DNA of 64,000 nucleotides from Veleropilina oligotropha (Eukaryota): NCBI GenBank assembly GCA_048128005.1, contig JBEUKZ010000054.1, positions 124,001 to 188,000 of the forward strand, read 5' to 3'. Shown piece by piece: positions 14,597 to 28,130 of this stretch (position 1 is its first letter; each line of letters starts with the position of its first letter). The notes under the pieces were generated by a model. It saw only the letters and a program-made list of their open reading frames with translations, ran no database searches and was not told where the DNA came from. The position numbers and the translations under genes were made by a program.

Positions 14597-17500
14597 ATGG
14601 CTAGTCATCATAATGTATCTATTGCTTATCAGAATATTGATGGTATGTTCTCAAGTAGTAATGGCCAGAGATCATGTAAGACTAGGGATCATCTCTTCAT
14701 GAAACCACCACAAAATATGACATATTATGCCTTGTTGAAACACATTGCGGTGTTAATGATAAATTTTCCTTAACAGGATTTCATGTTGAATCAAATCTTA
14801 GACCAAAGTTGATCACATCCAGACTTTATTACGGGGGAATGGCTGTGTGTGTAAAAAATGAAATACGTAAAGGTATCCGGTTCATACAACTAACAAACAG
14901 TGAGATTATGTGGTTTAAACTGTTAAAATCATTCTTTAATTTAGAGAAAGATCTATATGTGGCGGTAGTTTATATTAGTCCGCTTGGCTCAACGTTTACA
15001 GCGTGAAGAGATGGTATATTTGAAATTTTAGAACACGATATTGCGACATATTCCAAATCTGGAAACTGTTTGATATGTGGCGATTTCAATGCTCGGACAT
15101 CTAACGATTCAGATTTCATAATGAATTACAAGTCGCTTGTAACTGACAACATCCCTGACTATATTTTTGATGCAGAACTAGCCAGAAATAATATGGATAC
15201 TCATAATGTTGACAATCATGGCTCTAAATTATTATCATTATGTAAAGCTTCAAATGTACGTATTTTTAATGGTCGATCCCTAGGTGATTCTTCTGGTCAT
15301 TGCACTTGCTTTAGTTATGCAGGTCAACCAAGTGTCATTGATTATATGTTGACCTCTATCAACCTTATGATATTTTTTTGTAAGTGATCCGAACCACCTG
15401 TCTATACATTGTATGTTATCTGTAATTATTTCAACTGGTACTTATGATCATGTACTGGGTGATACACCTAACCCACCATGCCCTAAATTTGTTTGGAGCA
15501 ATGGTGATGATATCAAATATTGCTATGCATTGTCCGATTGTACAGTTAAATCCAAAATTTATGATGTTCTGTCACTTGTACCCCAAGAAGAGTCTGGTAA
15601 TGATCTTGTGGGACTGGTTACTGACATATTTGTTGAAGCCGCAGAAATATCTGGCATTAAACACATAGAGAGAAAGAAACGGTTCTTAAAATGTAGGAAG
15701 AAAGTAAAAACTGGTTTGATAAAGACGGCACCGATGTAAAAAAAGACCTTAGACAAACTAGCCGAAAACTTCATACTGATCCATTAAATCTTGGACTACT
15801 TAGTAAGTTTCGTTCTCTCCGCAAGAAGTTCAAAAAGATTGTCGCTATGAAAAAATTATTGTTCAAACAACAGATTATGGATCAAATGGAATCGCTTCAG
15901 ACTAATAACCCACAAGCCTTTTGGATCTAAAAGACACCGCAACTGACAATAAAAGTAATTATATTTCCTGCTCCGAATGGGTCTGACATTTTAAAACGCT
16001 TGTAAATACTGTACCAGTATCTATTGATGAAGAACTTGATAAAACAATGGACACATTTATACTTAATAATAATGATAAAATTTTCAATGAACTTCATTTC
16101 AAAATTGATTGTAAAGAAGTGTCTATTGCTATTACACAAGCTTTTTAATCATTTATTAACTTATGGAATTTTTCCGGACTCATGGCGGTTTAATATGTTA
16201 ACTCCAATACACAAGAAGGGAGATCTCTCCAACCCAGCAAACTATAGGGGAATATCTGTGGGAAGCAATCTATGCAAGCTATTTTGTAAGGTTTTACATA
16301 ATAGACTTTACAAATTTACAGATAAAACTCATGGAATCCCACAGTGCCAAATTGGATTCCGCAAAAACTCGCGTACCTCTGACCATATACTCTCATTAAA
16401 ATGTATCATTGACAAATATGTAAATAGTATCTCAAAGAAAAGAGTCTTCTGCTGTTTTGTAGATTTTAAATATGCTTTTGATACTGTTTCGCGCAAAAAA
16501 ATAATTTATAAACTTAAATGCTGGTATTGGTGGCAGTTTCCTTGATATCATACATAGCATGTATGCGAATGTAAAATATACTGTTAACGTTGAAGATGAA
16601 TTCCCCTCAACAGTAGGTGTTAAGCAGGCTTGCGTACTTAGCCCCCTATTATTTAACATCTTTCTAAGGGACCTTCCTGACATAATTGGTGACTCATGTC
16701 ACCCAGTTCAACTGCATGACACTTCATTAAACTGTCTAATGTTTGCTGATGATGTAGTTATTGTTTCGGAAACATCCTTTGGTCTACAAGATACCTTGAA
16801 TAGACTAAGTGACTATTGTAAAACATGGGACCTTACGGTCAATTTAAATAAAACTAAAATTATTATATTCAACAAAGCTGGACAACTACTGAATAAGACG
16901 TTTCAATTTACTTATTCAGATTCGCTGACTGAGATAGTTAAATCCTACTGTTATTTGGGAATTGTATTTACCCCATCTGGCAAATTTAATGCTGCATGTG
17001 AGCGACTTACGGAACAAGCCCGTAAAGCCCTTTTCAAAATTAAAGTGATAAATGTTAGAAACAATGTCTTAACTGCCTTTAAATTATTCAGATCATTAAT
17101 ATTGCCCATCCTGTCATACTCTTGCGAAATATGGGGTCCCTTCTAACTAAAAGGGGATACTAGTAACAACTTAATGCAATTAGGTGAAAGAGTCCCGAGT
17201 GAAAGCGTTTTATTATGTTTCTGTAAATATATTCTTGGAGCGAGTCGAAGAACAACTCATGCCGCTGTAAGAGGTGAACTCGGACAATATGCATTGATAA
17301 TTACCTTTTTATCCCTTGCAGCTAAATACTGGCTCAGAATTTTTACCCTTGATCAAGATATATTAGTGCATAAAGCATATTTGCAGTCATATTCCCTAAT
17401 TCTTGGGCAAGTTACATTAAGAAGATCTGGACAGACTTCAACCTTGAATCTGTTTGGCTCAATCACGGAGCTAAAAATAAAAACAGTACAATTATGTTAT

Positions 17501-18025
17501 TACAACACACTATGGAAGAAAACTTTAGGTTAAATTGGTCTAATTACATTAATAGAGACTCCGCTACCGGTATTGTTAATCCATCAGCAGCTCATTCTAA
17601 ACTTCGCACATACCGGCTTTTCCAGAAAAAAATTTGCATTGAAAACTATATTTTAAACGATAAAATTTATGTAAAAAGGGCCCAATTTACCAAACTGCGT
17701 GTGAGTGCACATACTCTCCCAATAGAAGTTGGTCGTTATACTACACCAAAAACTCCCCCTGAAAACCGTATTTGCTCCCTATGTAAAACAATCTGTGGAA
17801 GAGGAGAGACATTTTATTATTCACTGCTCCCTTTATGGCAAAGAAAGGGCTACCCTAACTCAATTTTTAGACACTTTCACTACATTTTCATCATTGACCG
17901 AAGACCAAAAATTTACATTTATTATGTCATGTAATGATGGTGACTCTGAAGTCAGTACACTTGTGTTAAACTTTGTGACGGAGTGTATGCTCAAAAGACA
18001 ACAATTTATGACCGCAACCGTATGA
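14597..18025 (+). pseudogene. LINE ORF2: APE endonuclease, reverse transcriptase, C-terminal CCHC
   Basis: ICGDFNART, SVIDY, NYRGIS, QIGFRK, FVDFKYAFDTV, GVKQACVLSPLLF, LMFADD, YLGI, KLRVSAHTLPIEVGRY, RICSLC, EEERHFIIHC. Many frameshifts. Confidence 0.9.
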
Positions 18026-19594
18026 ATTTAAACTTCATTAATTAAGTCAAAGAAGTTTGTATTTTTACTTATATATATTTTTCCCAGCAGAATTACTCAG
18101 TACATGTGTTTGTTTCGTGCTAATATGATGTAGTTTTCGATATATTAGGTTTGTCCCATCACGTACGTGATTATTTTCGCAGTGGGACCTCGTCATCCGC
18201 TCTGGTCAGTGGGCTTCTTCGGGCTGGTGGGTTGCGACATGACCATAGGGTGGTGTTTCGCAATACCATCTGGCGGTCATGGCGTGACTCGTCGGTCTGG
18301 GGAGGGTCCGCTGGCCGGGGGGGGGGGGGTCTTGCTGGGCAGATGTTCGTGATGAGGCAAGCGTAATTTATTTATTTATTTAAAAAATCAAACCTATGAA
18401 TCTCATTACATTTAGTATCATTTTATTAACTTAACTATTTTATGTTTGTATGCCTACTATTATTTTTTCACCATGTTATGTTTTATTGTCTTTGTCCAAA
18501 GCTATATCTGCTTGTATGTAGATTTTGTGCTTATTAAAATTGATCGATTGATTGTCCAAATATTTATATTATTGAATATATTATTTTCAGTTCAAATATT
18601 AAACATATAAGGCTATTTAAATAGTTAGCATAGCCACTATATATGGAACATCCTTCTTGCACATAAGCATTACCCCTCAAAACGTTCAGCAATCCTATAT
18701 AGTCCAGTGTTATTTATTTTCGTTTTTATTTTTTACAGATTTGCAAACCTATACATTTTTGGAAACATTATAACCAACAGAATTTGAAAACCAATGTTTG
18801 CATTTGAACCGATGCCGTTATGGCGGCCATTTTGAATTTCAAAATGGCCGCCATTTGAAATAATTTATATAGCATAAACAGCCACAATATCACCGAATAA
18901 TTTACTTTTAGAGTTTAAATGTATATTATCATGATGAAAACATTACAGAGCATCATCTGTCTGAATAATGTACATATTACAGGACATGTGGCGGTCTTTT
19001 TAGTGTGTGATGTAATAAGAATTTCTAGTTTTCACTGTATTATGAAGGCAATGTTGCAGATATATCTATTGTTTTTGTATTACATCACACAATATTAACT
19101 ACAAAACATACAGGACCAAATAGTGGTCAATGTTCGAGCCAATATGCAAATTAGAAATGAGTATTTTGCCGTAAAACAATGCATTTAATGCATCAACAGG
19201 TATTAAGGGGAGACAGTAAAAAATTGTTTATATTTGTATTAAGCATTAATTATATGTAATTATAAAGGTTAAATAAGACATATGTTGGCGCATTAACTAT
19301 ATTTCCAGAGTTAGTCCACGAATCGGGTCAACCCAATGGACAGTAATCACACAAACAAACCAGCTACGATTTCTAGCAGTTGGAGAAAGGCATCTCAATA
19401 TGTGATCTCCTTTCAAATTTACCTGTACGAAATAGTTGCTTGATTCCAGACCAGACATGAAAAAGACCGTTGTTCTCAGACAAGATAAACTTTTTGCTGT
19501 CATCGCTGGTCTTCGGGGTCATGAAGCGCCAATTAATTCCGAACTCTAGTACCGGTATATATATATATATATAGACGATACCTGGATGGAAGCA

Positions 19595-20200
19595 AGTTCT
19601 TATTCTTATTTACTTTCGCCTTATCGTGATAAGGGGTCGGCGGCATGAATTCTCCTTCTCCAATCCTCTGTCATGTACGTCACCCTCTGTCAGATCCATC
19701 TCCTCCATACTGTACCTCAGTCCATCTCTCCATCTCCTGAGTTGACGTCATATACTCCTCCGTCCTCATACTGGCCCCCTCCATGCTCTTGTCACCACAT
19801 CTTCCCCACTCATCCTCAAGATGTGTCCGTACTATTTCATCTTGCACCACTCGTTTTGTCACCCTCGTTCTGCTCCGCACGTCTTCGATTCTGATTTTAT
19901 CTCACAGCATCATTTCCAAAATTATTCTCAGAATACGCATCTCCGTCACCTCCATTCTCCTCTCATCCCTCTTCGTAAGTGCTCAGCACGCCGCCCCATA
20001 CGTCATATTCGGCCCCACCATCATCTTATAAATCTTAGTTTTCAACTTGATCGGCATCTCCACTCATCCAGCTTGCATTTATTTCGTCCTCAACATCCTT
20101 ATCACGCCTCTCATTCACATATGGTTGATCCCAAGTACTTGAAAATTTCTACCCTCTGTCCGTCTGCTCTACTACACAGTATCGTCTCTGACTTTTTCGA
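19595..20200 (-). mobile_element. RTE-clade LINE 3' fragment nested in the Academ element
   Basis: Minus-strand remnants such as MTYGAAC, MEVTEMRILR and DKIRIEDVRSRTRV; short (AATAAG)n-like tail at ~19597-19612. Confidence 0.6.
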
Positions 20201-21584
20201 GTTCATCTTTAGTCAAACCTATCCAGACTTGCTTGCTAACTCAGCAACCATTCTTGCAATTGGTCCGCGCTGTCTGCCAAATCCTAATCCTGCACACACT
20301 AAAAATGACCGCTACATGCTCACATGTACTCATACATTGCAGAATATAAATTGGCTGTTGATGTATTTATCAAAGATAATCCTAATCTGAAGGACATTTG
20401 TCTGGATTCCATAAAACAAAGAGAGGTGGCCTGCCTCGAGATTAACAAAACCAAAAGAGTTAAACATGATACATTTTCCAGTTCATGTCTCTTGCATGTT
20501 TTGGCCACTGCTGATTTCCGGAATACCTTTAAAGTCTGGGAAGTTAAAGCAGGCATTGTCCATGATGAATAATGACATTCATCGAGTGGAAACAATTCTG
20601 GCCTTCTTCACAGCATCTCATTCATCTGACCTGATGCTTCATTGTGAAGCAGAAGAATACCTGAGCAAACTGTTTATGCGATGAATAGCATAAAATACAA
20701 ATGGCTCTGGCCATGCTATATTTCAGATATATATAACCTTAGGTCTAACCGTACAGACACTTCGCCTTCAGAACATACTACAAGCAACAGTAATCTTCTC
20801 TTTGAAAATAGCAACCATGATAAATCAGACACACTGATGGTCTGGATAGATGTGTTAGCAACAAGACGTGCTTCTCAAAATGCGCATCGCACATTTTTCT
20901 TTCCCAAAACGGACGTTATATTGTCTGTTATGATATTTTTTCAAGAATCACTTTCATCGTCTATGGTATCATGGGTGGCTCTAATTCAGCCAATCTGGAG
21001 AGCTTTGAGCTGCAATGCAACGAAGGCACTATTCGTATTTCATGCCTTTACAACGGCAGACACTGGGCATTTCTGTCGAATAGGCAAAGCCATATATATA
21101 TATATATATTGCTAAAGTTATATCTGAAGGCGACATGCAAGTTATTAATGCACTATAAGAGTATAATGATATTGCGGAGGTGACAGAGGAACATCTCGTC
21201 ACCCTTGCGACATTTGTATGTGCCGTATATTATCCAAGAGGAAACCATATCAACAACATACCTGAAGTACAGTGGCATCTATTTTACAATTATGTCGGAG
21301 AATGATTGGTTCCCTCCTACAGTTGACAGGCTAGCATTATTGAACAAGCCAGCACACCGCAACAAGAATTCTTGAATCCACTACGAAATGAATACTATCG
21401 GCTCCAAATGCAATATTTGAAATGGTAAGATGCGGGTGCAATTTGGAGTGTTCAGAATGATGATGGCTCTAAAGAAAACACTTTGGCTAATGACAGTGAT
21501 GATGATGAAATGTATTCGATTTTTGGACTAGATGTTATATTGGTTTGCGAATTGAGCAGTGATTATAAAAAGATAATCTTTAAA

Positions 21585-22240
21585 TTCTTTAATTCGGTTT
21601 AGCAAGTACAATTCGCTCCTGGATAATGGTCCAAAGTACATAATTGAAAAACTTCAAAAGATTCAAAACACTACCGCTAGACTAGTTCTAAAAGCTCGGA
21701 AGCGCGATAATGTCATGCCCCTGCTCCACTCTCTTCACTGGCTTCCAGTTCAGGCAAGAATAGATTATAAATTATCAACTCTATGCCATGCTTACTTCGA
21801 TCAATCACTACCTCAATATCTGTCAGATCTACTCTCGGTGTATTCCCCAGCAAGGTCTCTCCGTTCTTCTTTAGACACTCGTATTCTTTGCATTCCTGGC
21901 ATGAAAACGAAATATCTTGGAGAACGTTGTTTTTCATTCGCTGCTCCAAGCCAATGGAACTCATTTCCTGTTGTTATTCGCCACATCGAAGACAAAGCAA
22001 CTTTCAAAAGATCTCTCAAAACACACTTGTTCCGGATACCTTTCTCATACACTGAAAATCTCGCACTATCAATCTTTTCCTTAATTGTGTCCAGTCAGCT
22101 ATAAAATATGTATGGCTTGTTAATGTATATTGTTTATCATTGTCTGTTTAAGTGTTCTGATCCAACCATTTGTAAAGCGCAAAGTGCTAGAATCCTTTTC
22201 CTGATCTTGCGCTATATAAATCTTTCATTATTATTAATAT
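21585..22240 (+). mobile_element. L2-clade LINE 3' fragment
   Basis: LQKIQNTTARLV, LHSLHWLPVQARIDYK, RSLRSS, GERCFSFAAPSQWNSFP, FKRSLKTHLF; (TTA)n-like tail. Confidence 0.85.
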
Positions 22241-23724
22241 ATAAGATTATATATTCACATTGTTTAAACCAGCGAAATGGTTATCAGCAAATGCCTTAGT
22301 TCAAAGCCAAAGAAACCAGATAGCGTATGCAAGACGGAATACGCATTACATAGTATACCTGCTATCTCCTTGGATGCGTTCGAACACATTATCATTTATA
22401 GAAAACCTGAAGGAACAGTTTAAGCTGCATGGTCCAACAGGCCACAATATGACCTGCAGAATTTCATATATATGTTGGTAACATTTATCGTGTATCTTGT
22501 AGAATGTGATGTTTTCAAATGTACCCGTACTTATCCGCTGGCGATAATATCAATACTCTGTGAGCTATATTAAACGGCTTGGATGTTAAGAGGTTGTTTT
22601 GCCTTAATAAATACATTTATGTGTTATAAAAGCTGGAAAATGACAAAATGGATTTTGTATAGCTGCCCTTTTAAATTCAATATGGCAGCCTATCTCCTTA
22701 GAGGGCCTCGAAGTCATTATACCATGTAGGCATACATTTATAGCAAGGAACAGATTAAGCTGCATGGATGCAAAATGCCACAATGTAGTTTGCAGCATTT
22801 AATTCATATCACTGATGGTGAGTTTATGCTGTATCTTGTGGAATGGTGCAAATGGTCCATTTTCATGCTTTCAAAATGGCCGCCAATCATTTAAAAATGT
22901 TCAAAAGAGATTCATACTTATCCGGTGGCGAAAATATTAATACTTTTGGGCTATATTCAGTAGGTTGGAGGTTAAGATGCTGTTTTGTCTTTGTAAATGA
23001 ATACATTTGTGTAATATAAAAGCTGGAGAATGGCTAAAAAGGATTTTGCAAAGCCGCCATTTTGAATTCCAATATGGCCACCATAACGGAATTGCCTCAA
23101 ATGCAAACATTGGTTTTTGAACTCCCCAGGTATACAGTTTTCAAAAATATATAGGTTTGCAAATCTCCAAGAAAAAAAACGAAACCGTTTTTTAGGACAT
23201 AGTGAACCCGACTAATATATATACATTGAATATTCACTAGCTCTACATAAACATGCAAATGAAAATAAAATAAAGAAATCTATAGAAAATAGTTCATGCA
23301 ATATAAATAAATGCATAATATAGTCGAGTTCAGCAACCAGTGTAACGTCAGCCACCATTGTATGGTGAGACTGTTTTGTAGGCGAACATGTCAAGGACGA
23401 ACTGAATGTTGTTATATATGATGCAAAGTGAGTATGAGAACATCAAACCGTCGAGTTTGCACATTCATACCTCGTATGTTTCCAGCGATGCCGCTTGGGC
23501 CAGATTCGCTGCTTCTGCATTGGATATAGACGTTATGTAGCAGGTGGAGTCGAGTAGCAATCCAAACTGTAACTGAAAGGACAATAAAAATGTAAGGTCC
23601 GATCAACTGTGTCTGGTAATAGTTTTGGAACTTTTAGTGGCACGAATGTAACTGATTAGCGCGTTTTCGGCAATAAACAAAACTTGTTTACGTCATTGGT
23701 ATTGTTTGTTTGTTCTCACTAAGA

Positions 23725-23990
23725 AAGGAAAGGAAAGGATCGATGCTTAATGTCCTGTATATTTCCAACCATCATTTGGTTAAAACCAGGACATGTCCGT
23801 ATTATCGCGGGAGGAAATCCCGGTCGGCCGGGTAAACCCACCCTCTTCGACCTGTCACGGACAACTGTGATTCACTTGAACAAATGTGTGATGCCTCAGC
23901 CGGGGGCCGAACCCACTATTGTTCGCTTTAGCGGAATCAAGTCAGTGATTTTTGGAATCCACCACCGTACCACTGTACTGTCGAAGCGGC
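23725..23990 (-). mobile_element. Possible tRNA-derived SINE remnant
   Basis: B-box-like GGTTCGGCCCC on the minus strand at ~23903-23915, a GGGTTTACCCGGCCGACCGGGATTTCCTCC core and a (CCTTT)n tail. Confidence 0.4.
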
Positions 23991-24499
23991 GGCTCTTACT
24001 AAGAACTAATGAATGACGTTTAAGAAAATAAGTAGCATCATACATGGGCAATTGTAACCGTCTGTATTCTGCGAGCGACGGAATCAACGCCCATCCAATA
24101 AGAACAAGCAACAGTGCGCGTCCAAGTGTGTGTGTGTGTGTGTGTGTACGTGTACTGTATATACATACTTTAGCATGATCAAAATAAAACTCCGTTTTCC
24201 CATGGACATCTTTACTGATACTGCTAGAAGTGCTGTCCAAATTTCTAAAATTGTTTAACCATATTGATGCATCCCTTTTCAGCGGAGCTATATAGGTCGA
24301 TAGGCCTCTTGTTTATATCATGGGATAAATTTTGGAGGTTTCGTGTGATTGCATATTGCCTTATTACATAAATAAGCACCACCCTTTATCAATGTGTTCA
24401 CACTACGCCATCGAAAAGAATAGTAGGGCCTCTTATATTGTTTGAACAGTTATAGAATGTCGCATGTTAGCATGCAATAGCTGATCATTTTGTGTGGAG

Positions 24500-25164
24500 T
24501 TGTCTCTCTTATACTGTATTTAACACTAAACACTGCATGGGTGGTACATACTATAGTAGTTCAGTTGCTTTATAAGAAATATAGCACGCACCGGAAGTAA
24601 ATGGCTTAAATAAGATGCACCATGGTGCCGACTGAGATATAAAGAGAAGGCGGTGATCCGACTTTAAGCCACTTAGACGCCGGCTACGCTATACATAACA
24701 CGAGAAGGTGGTGATCCGACATTGAGCCGCGTAGACGCCGACTACGTTATACATAACACGAGAAGGTAGTGATCCGACATTGAGTCACGTAGACGCCGAC
24801 TACGTTATACATAACACGAGAAGGTAGTGATCCGACATTGAGTCACGTAGACGCCGACTACGTTATACATAACACGAGAAGGTGGTGATCCGACATTGAG
24901 CCACGTAGACGCAGACTACGTTTTTCGTACACGAGAAGATGGAGGCCCGACATTCAGCCACTAGACGCCCACTACGCTATGCATACACGAGAGGATGATC
25001 CGACATTGAGCCACTTAGACGCCGACTACATTGTACATTCACGAAAAGGCGGTGATCCAACACGAGAGAAAATTACAATAATACAAAGGATCCGACTACT
25101 TGTATTTTATATATTAAGCCCGAGGCACGGCGCCGTGCGCAGTTAACAGTCTCAGTGGTCCTAG
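24500..25164 (+). mobile_element. Non-autonomous Helitron-like element carrying a minisatellite
   Basis: Perfect 14-bp palindrome GCACGGCGCCGTGC (25125-25138) followed by CTAG|T at 25161-25165. The 5' TC start is only approximate. Confidence 0.55.
24643..25065. repeat. 58-bp minisatellite, ~7 copies
   Basis: ACACGAGAAGG recurs at 24698, 24756, 24814 and 24872. Confidence 0.92.
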
Positions 25165-25260
25165 TATTTCCCTCAATTGTGTAACAATATCATTATGCAT
25201 CAATGCAAACCCAAATATATCCGTGTTCGCGATGTGACAAAGTGGAATAACTGCCGAACA

Positions 25261-26710
25261 TCAAATCAAATTTATTTACCATAACAATTTACATGTTTTT
25301 ACATTCATATAATCAATTAAGCATATACATATATGTATACAGAAATATTTACATATATCATTTACATTTTTACATTGATCATTTATTATATATACATGTA
25401 CATATATGCCTATATACAAAATGTGTTATGGACGGATGTTTTGAGAAACCCTTTCGAGCTTATATGAAAAAACATTTGGTTGTGTATATATATTTGCATT
25501 CAAATGTAAATATTAATAAGGAATTTTCAATTTGGGTATATATTTTTTATAGAATATTTGAAAGAAAAAATAATTAATGATATCGGTGTATCTGGTGATT
25601 ATAGTGTAGTATGTTCCGACACTAGTCGGCAGCTATATAATGAAAAATTAAAGATCGTATGTAGTTGCTAGTAATGTTTTAAAATTTCCTGTTTAAATTG
25701 TTTTCTAAAGTGTGAGACTGATCGTGATTGTTGTATTTTGGAATTCCATACTTGAGGTCCGCGACATTTTATAGAAAACAGACGAATGTTCGTTCGATAG
25801 TAGTTGATATGTATGTTATCTTTATTTCTGGTATTATAATTGTGTATATCTGAATTTTGATGAAAGAAACTGGAAAATGAAGCTGGTAACATATTTTTAT
25901 GAAATTTATACATGAATAGTCCAACTAGTAACTTATTAATGTCGAATATGTTCAATTGGTTTTGCTTGATAAATAGATGAGCCATATGTTCTCTATAGGC
26001 CGAAGTTTTCAGTATTCTAATTGCTCTTTTTTGGAGCAAGTGCAATCCCTTAAGGCGAGATTTATATGTGCTTGCCCATACAATATTGCAATAATCAAAG
26101 TATGGAAGAATTAGTGTATTATACAATGTAGGTAAAATATAAGATGGGAGTGGTAGGCGAATTTTGTATAATACGCCGATACTCTTGGCGGCTTTGTTTT
26201 CTACGCTATATATGTGTTGCTTCCATGATAAATTGGTGTCAATGATAACACCCAAGAATTCGGTTTCATTAACAATATTGATTTTTGTTCCATCTATATG
26301 TATTTCAATATCTTTTAATTTGTGATGTTTTTATTACTGCAAAATAACATGAAATTTGTTTTTTGAATATTCAATGAAAGTCTATTGACTTTAAACCATA
26401 TGCTAATATTAACTAGTTCATTATTTGCGGTTTTAACCATTTCATTTACATCTGTATGACTAAAAAATAAGTTTGTATCGTCTGCAAATAGAATGAATTT
26501 CAGTAATTTTGATGTGTTTGCTAAGTCATTAACATATATGATGAAAAGCAATGGACCTACAATGGATCCCTGGGGAACACCACATGTGATACTTTTAAAA
26601 GCAGATTTTACGTGATTACAGTAGACATATTGTTTGCGGTTTGATAAGTAATGTTGAATTAGCCTAAGCGGAACACCATGTACACCATAGTGATATAATT
26701 TATGAATATG
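25261..26710 (-). mobile_element. CR1-group (Crack/L2-like) LINE, 3' part; target of the Polinton-like insertion
   Basis: GVPQGSIVGPLLFIIYVND, LFADDTN, LSLNIQKT, FLGVIID, LYNTLILPYFDYCNIVW. AATAAA and a (TTTGA)n tail at ~25261-25278. Confidence 0.88.
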
Positions 26711-26923
26711 AGCAGCAGGGGGGGTCAGTAGACTTTTTAGAATGGAAAAATAAGGCTCCCAGCACCTGTTCAGAACTGAGGGGGTAGTACTGGGGGGGGG
26801 GGGGGACTAGGGGGGTTTAGACTAGGGGCCCACGGCCGCCGGGGAGGCTCCCAGCCCTATTTCAGACCCCAGGGTAGGGCTTGTATTACAAAAGTCACCG
26901 TGTGTACACAGTGCTGTCCTGAA
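26711..26923 (+). repeat. Left TIR of the Polinton-like element
   Basis: Reverse complement of ~50123-50326 apart from G-run lengths and a few substitutions. Confidence 0.95.
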
Positions 26924-27621
26924 CTAGGGCAGCTTAGAATAGTCTATGTGGGCCGCGCTGTCAATGGTATTGTTTAATGTTTGCATCCTGGTCTATTCAT
27001 AGCCCGTGGTTGACCTAGTGTTCTAGTTCTCGAGAAGTTGTATTGCCAACTTCTCGTAACGTATACAATGACTCAGCTCAAATACTGTCAGCTCAGCGAG
27101 AAAGCTGTAACCAAAAAAATTTCTGGTAACTAAACGTTGTGAAATCAAAACATTGGTTACCGATTTTTTGTTGATCAAGCATTTCTGGAGCAAATCTCTT
27201 TTTATCTGTGCCACCAGAAATGCGTTCGACAAAATCTTTTTTTAACTGGGTCAACCAGACAGATACGCGTCTATTCATAGCCGCGACTAGGCAGCGAGGG
27301 TAAACAATAGCATTGATATAACGCGACGAGGTATTTGTAAAGACCCGGATATGGCATGTCTTGATAAGAGAAGCGTGTCTATTCATACCCGCTGAGAAAC
27401 CAATTAGGCTATGGAAGTCTATTGTTTCAAGTCATTGCGAGGGGGGGAATCCCCGAGCAGTGTTAATAACAATATCCATTGATACACGCTGGCGACGTAT
27501 TTCTATAGTACACGGATATAGCTTGTCCTGATTTTAACGACTGTATTCATTCATAAAGCGGGTATTAATATACGCTGGGGAAGCCTGAAAAATATGTTTC
27601 AAGGCAGGGAATACCCAGCTG

Positions 27622-28050
27622 TTAGATGAATATGAAGTTGCCCGATATTAAAGTGCAATTGCACAACGGCTGGTGTCCGATTTTTCTCCACGCACCGAAG
27701 CAGCCAGACAGCATGGTATAATACTCCCCATTTTTGCCAGGACATAGGGAGGGGGTCGAACACTGGACACATGTGACAGTATCTGGGGGTGTGGGGGGGG
27801 CACAGTCATTCTCCCCGATAACATAGTAGTGACACGACGGTGGGGAGACATCAGGGGGGTCTCCCAGGCGTAGTAGCAAGTTTCTCCGCAGGGGATCAAA
27901 TCGGGGGTTATACCTGGGATGGTTGCGATACCTAGCCCATGTATGTTGGAGAATTAATGCGGTATTGCGTGACGACGTGCCCCCTCTGGGGGTGGTGGCA
28001 CCCGCTAGCCAACACACCGCGGCGATGCACAGAAGTAGCATGGATTTCAT
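27622..28050 (-). CDS. Secreted cysteine-rich cargo protein, unknown family
   Basis: MKSMLLLCIAAVCWLAGA resembles a signal peptide; eight Cys in the C-terminal half; intact ORF with an upstream TATA-like box. Confidence 0.6.
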   Translation of the reverse strand: MKSMLLLCIAAVCWLAGATTPRGGTSSRNTALILQHTWARYRNHPRYNPRFDPLRRNLLLRLGDPPDVSPPSCHYYVIGENDCAPPTPPDTVTCVQCSTPSLCPGKNGEYYTMLSGCFGAWRKIGHQPLCNCTLISGNFIFI

Positions 28051-28082
28051 GGCTTGTCCATATATCACTGTCCAGTTCAAGC

Positions 28083-28108
28083 TTTAATACGGGGCAGGGG
28101 GGTTTCCC
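28083..28108 (-). promoter_or_regulatory. Putative kappaB site and TATA-like box upstream of the secreted cargo gene
   Basis: Minus strand GGGAAACCCC (28099-28108), then TATTAAA (28083-28089), then ATG at 28050. Confidence 0.4.
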
Positions 28109-28130
28109 ACCCCACGCTCAACCTGGATGG

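Larger units (their letters stand above)
11050..18555 (+). mobile_element. Near-full-length, degraded non-LTR retrotransposon (RTEX-like)
   Basis: ORF1 and ORF2 remnants in the expected order; 3' tail ATTGATCGATTGATTG at ~18539-18554. The 5' boundary is approximate. Confidence 0.85.
18700..23214 (+). mobile_element. Second, more degraded AcademX-type transposon
   Basis: Imperfect TIRs (18700-~18855 vs ~23050-23214), TAGTC...GACTA ends, ATA on both flanks (18697-18699, 23215-23217). XPG-like remnants at ~20300-21450 (DKSDTLM, KTDVIL, FHAFTTADT..F.RIGK). Confidence 0.75.

Noticed and set aside
24643..25065. CRISPR-like appearance of this and other short-unit arrays
   Set aside because: Units are contiguous with no unique spacers, there are no cas genes, and the context is eukaryotic.
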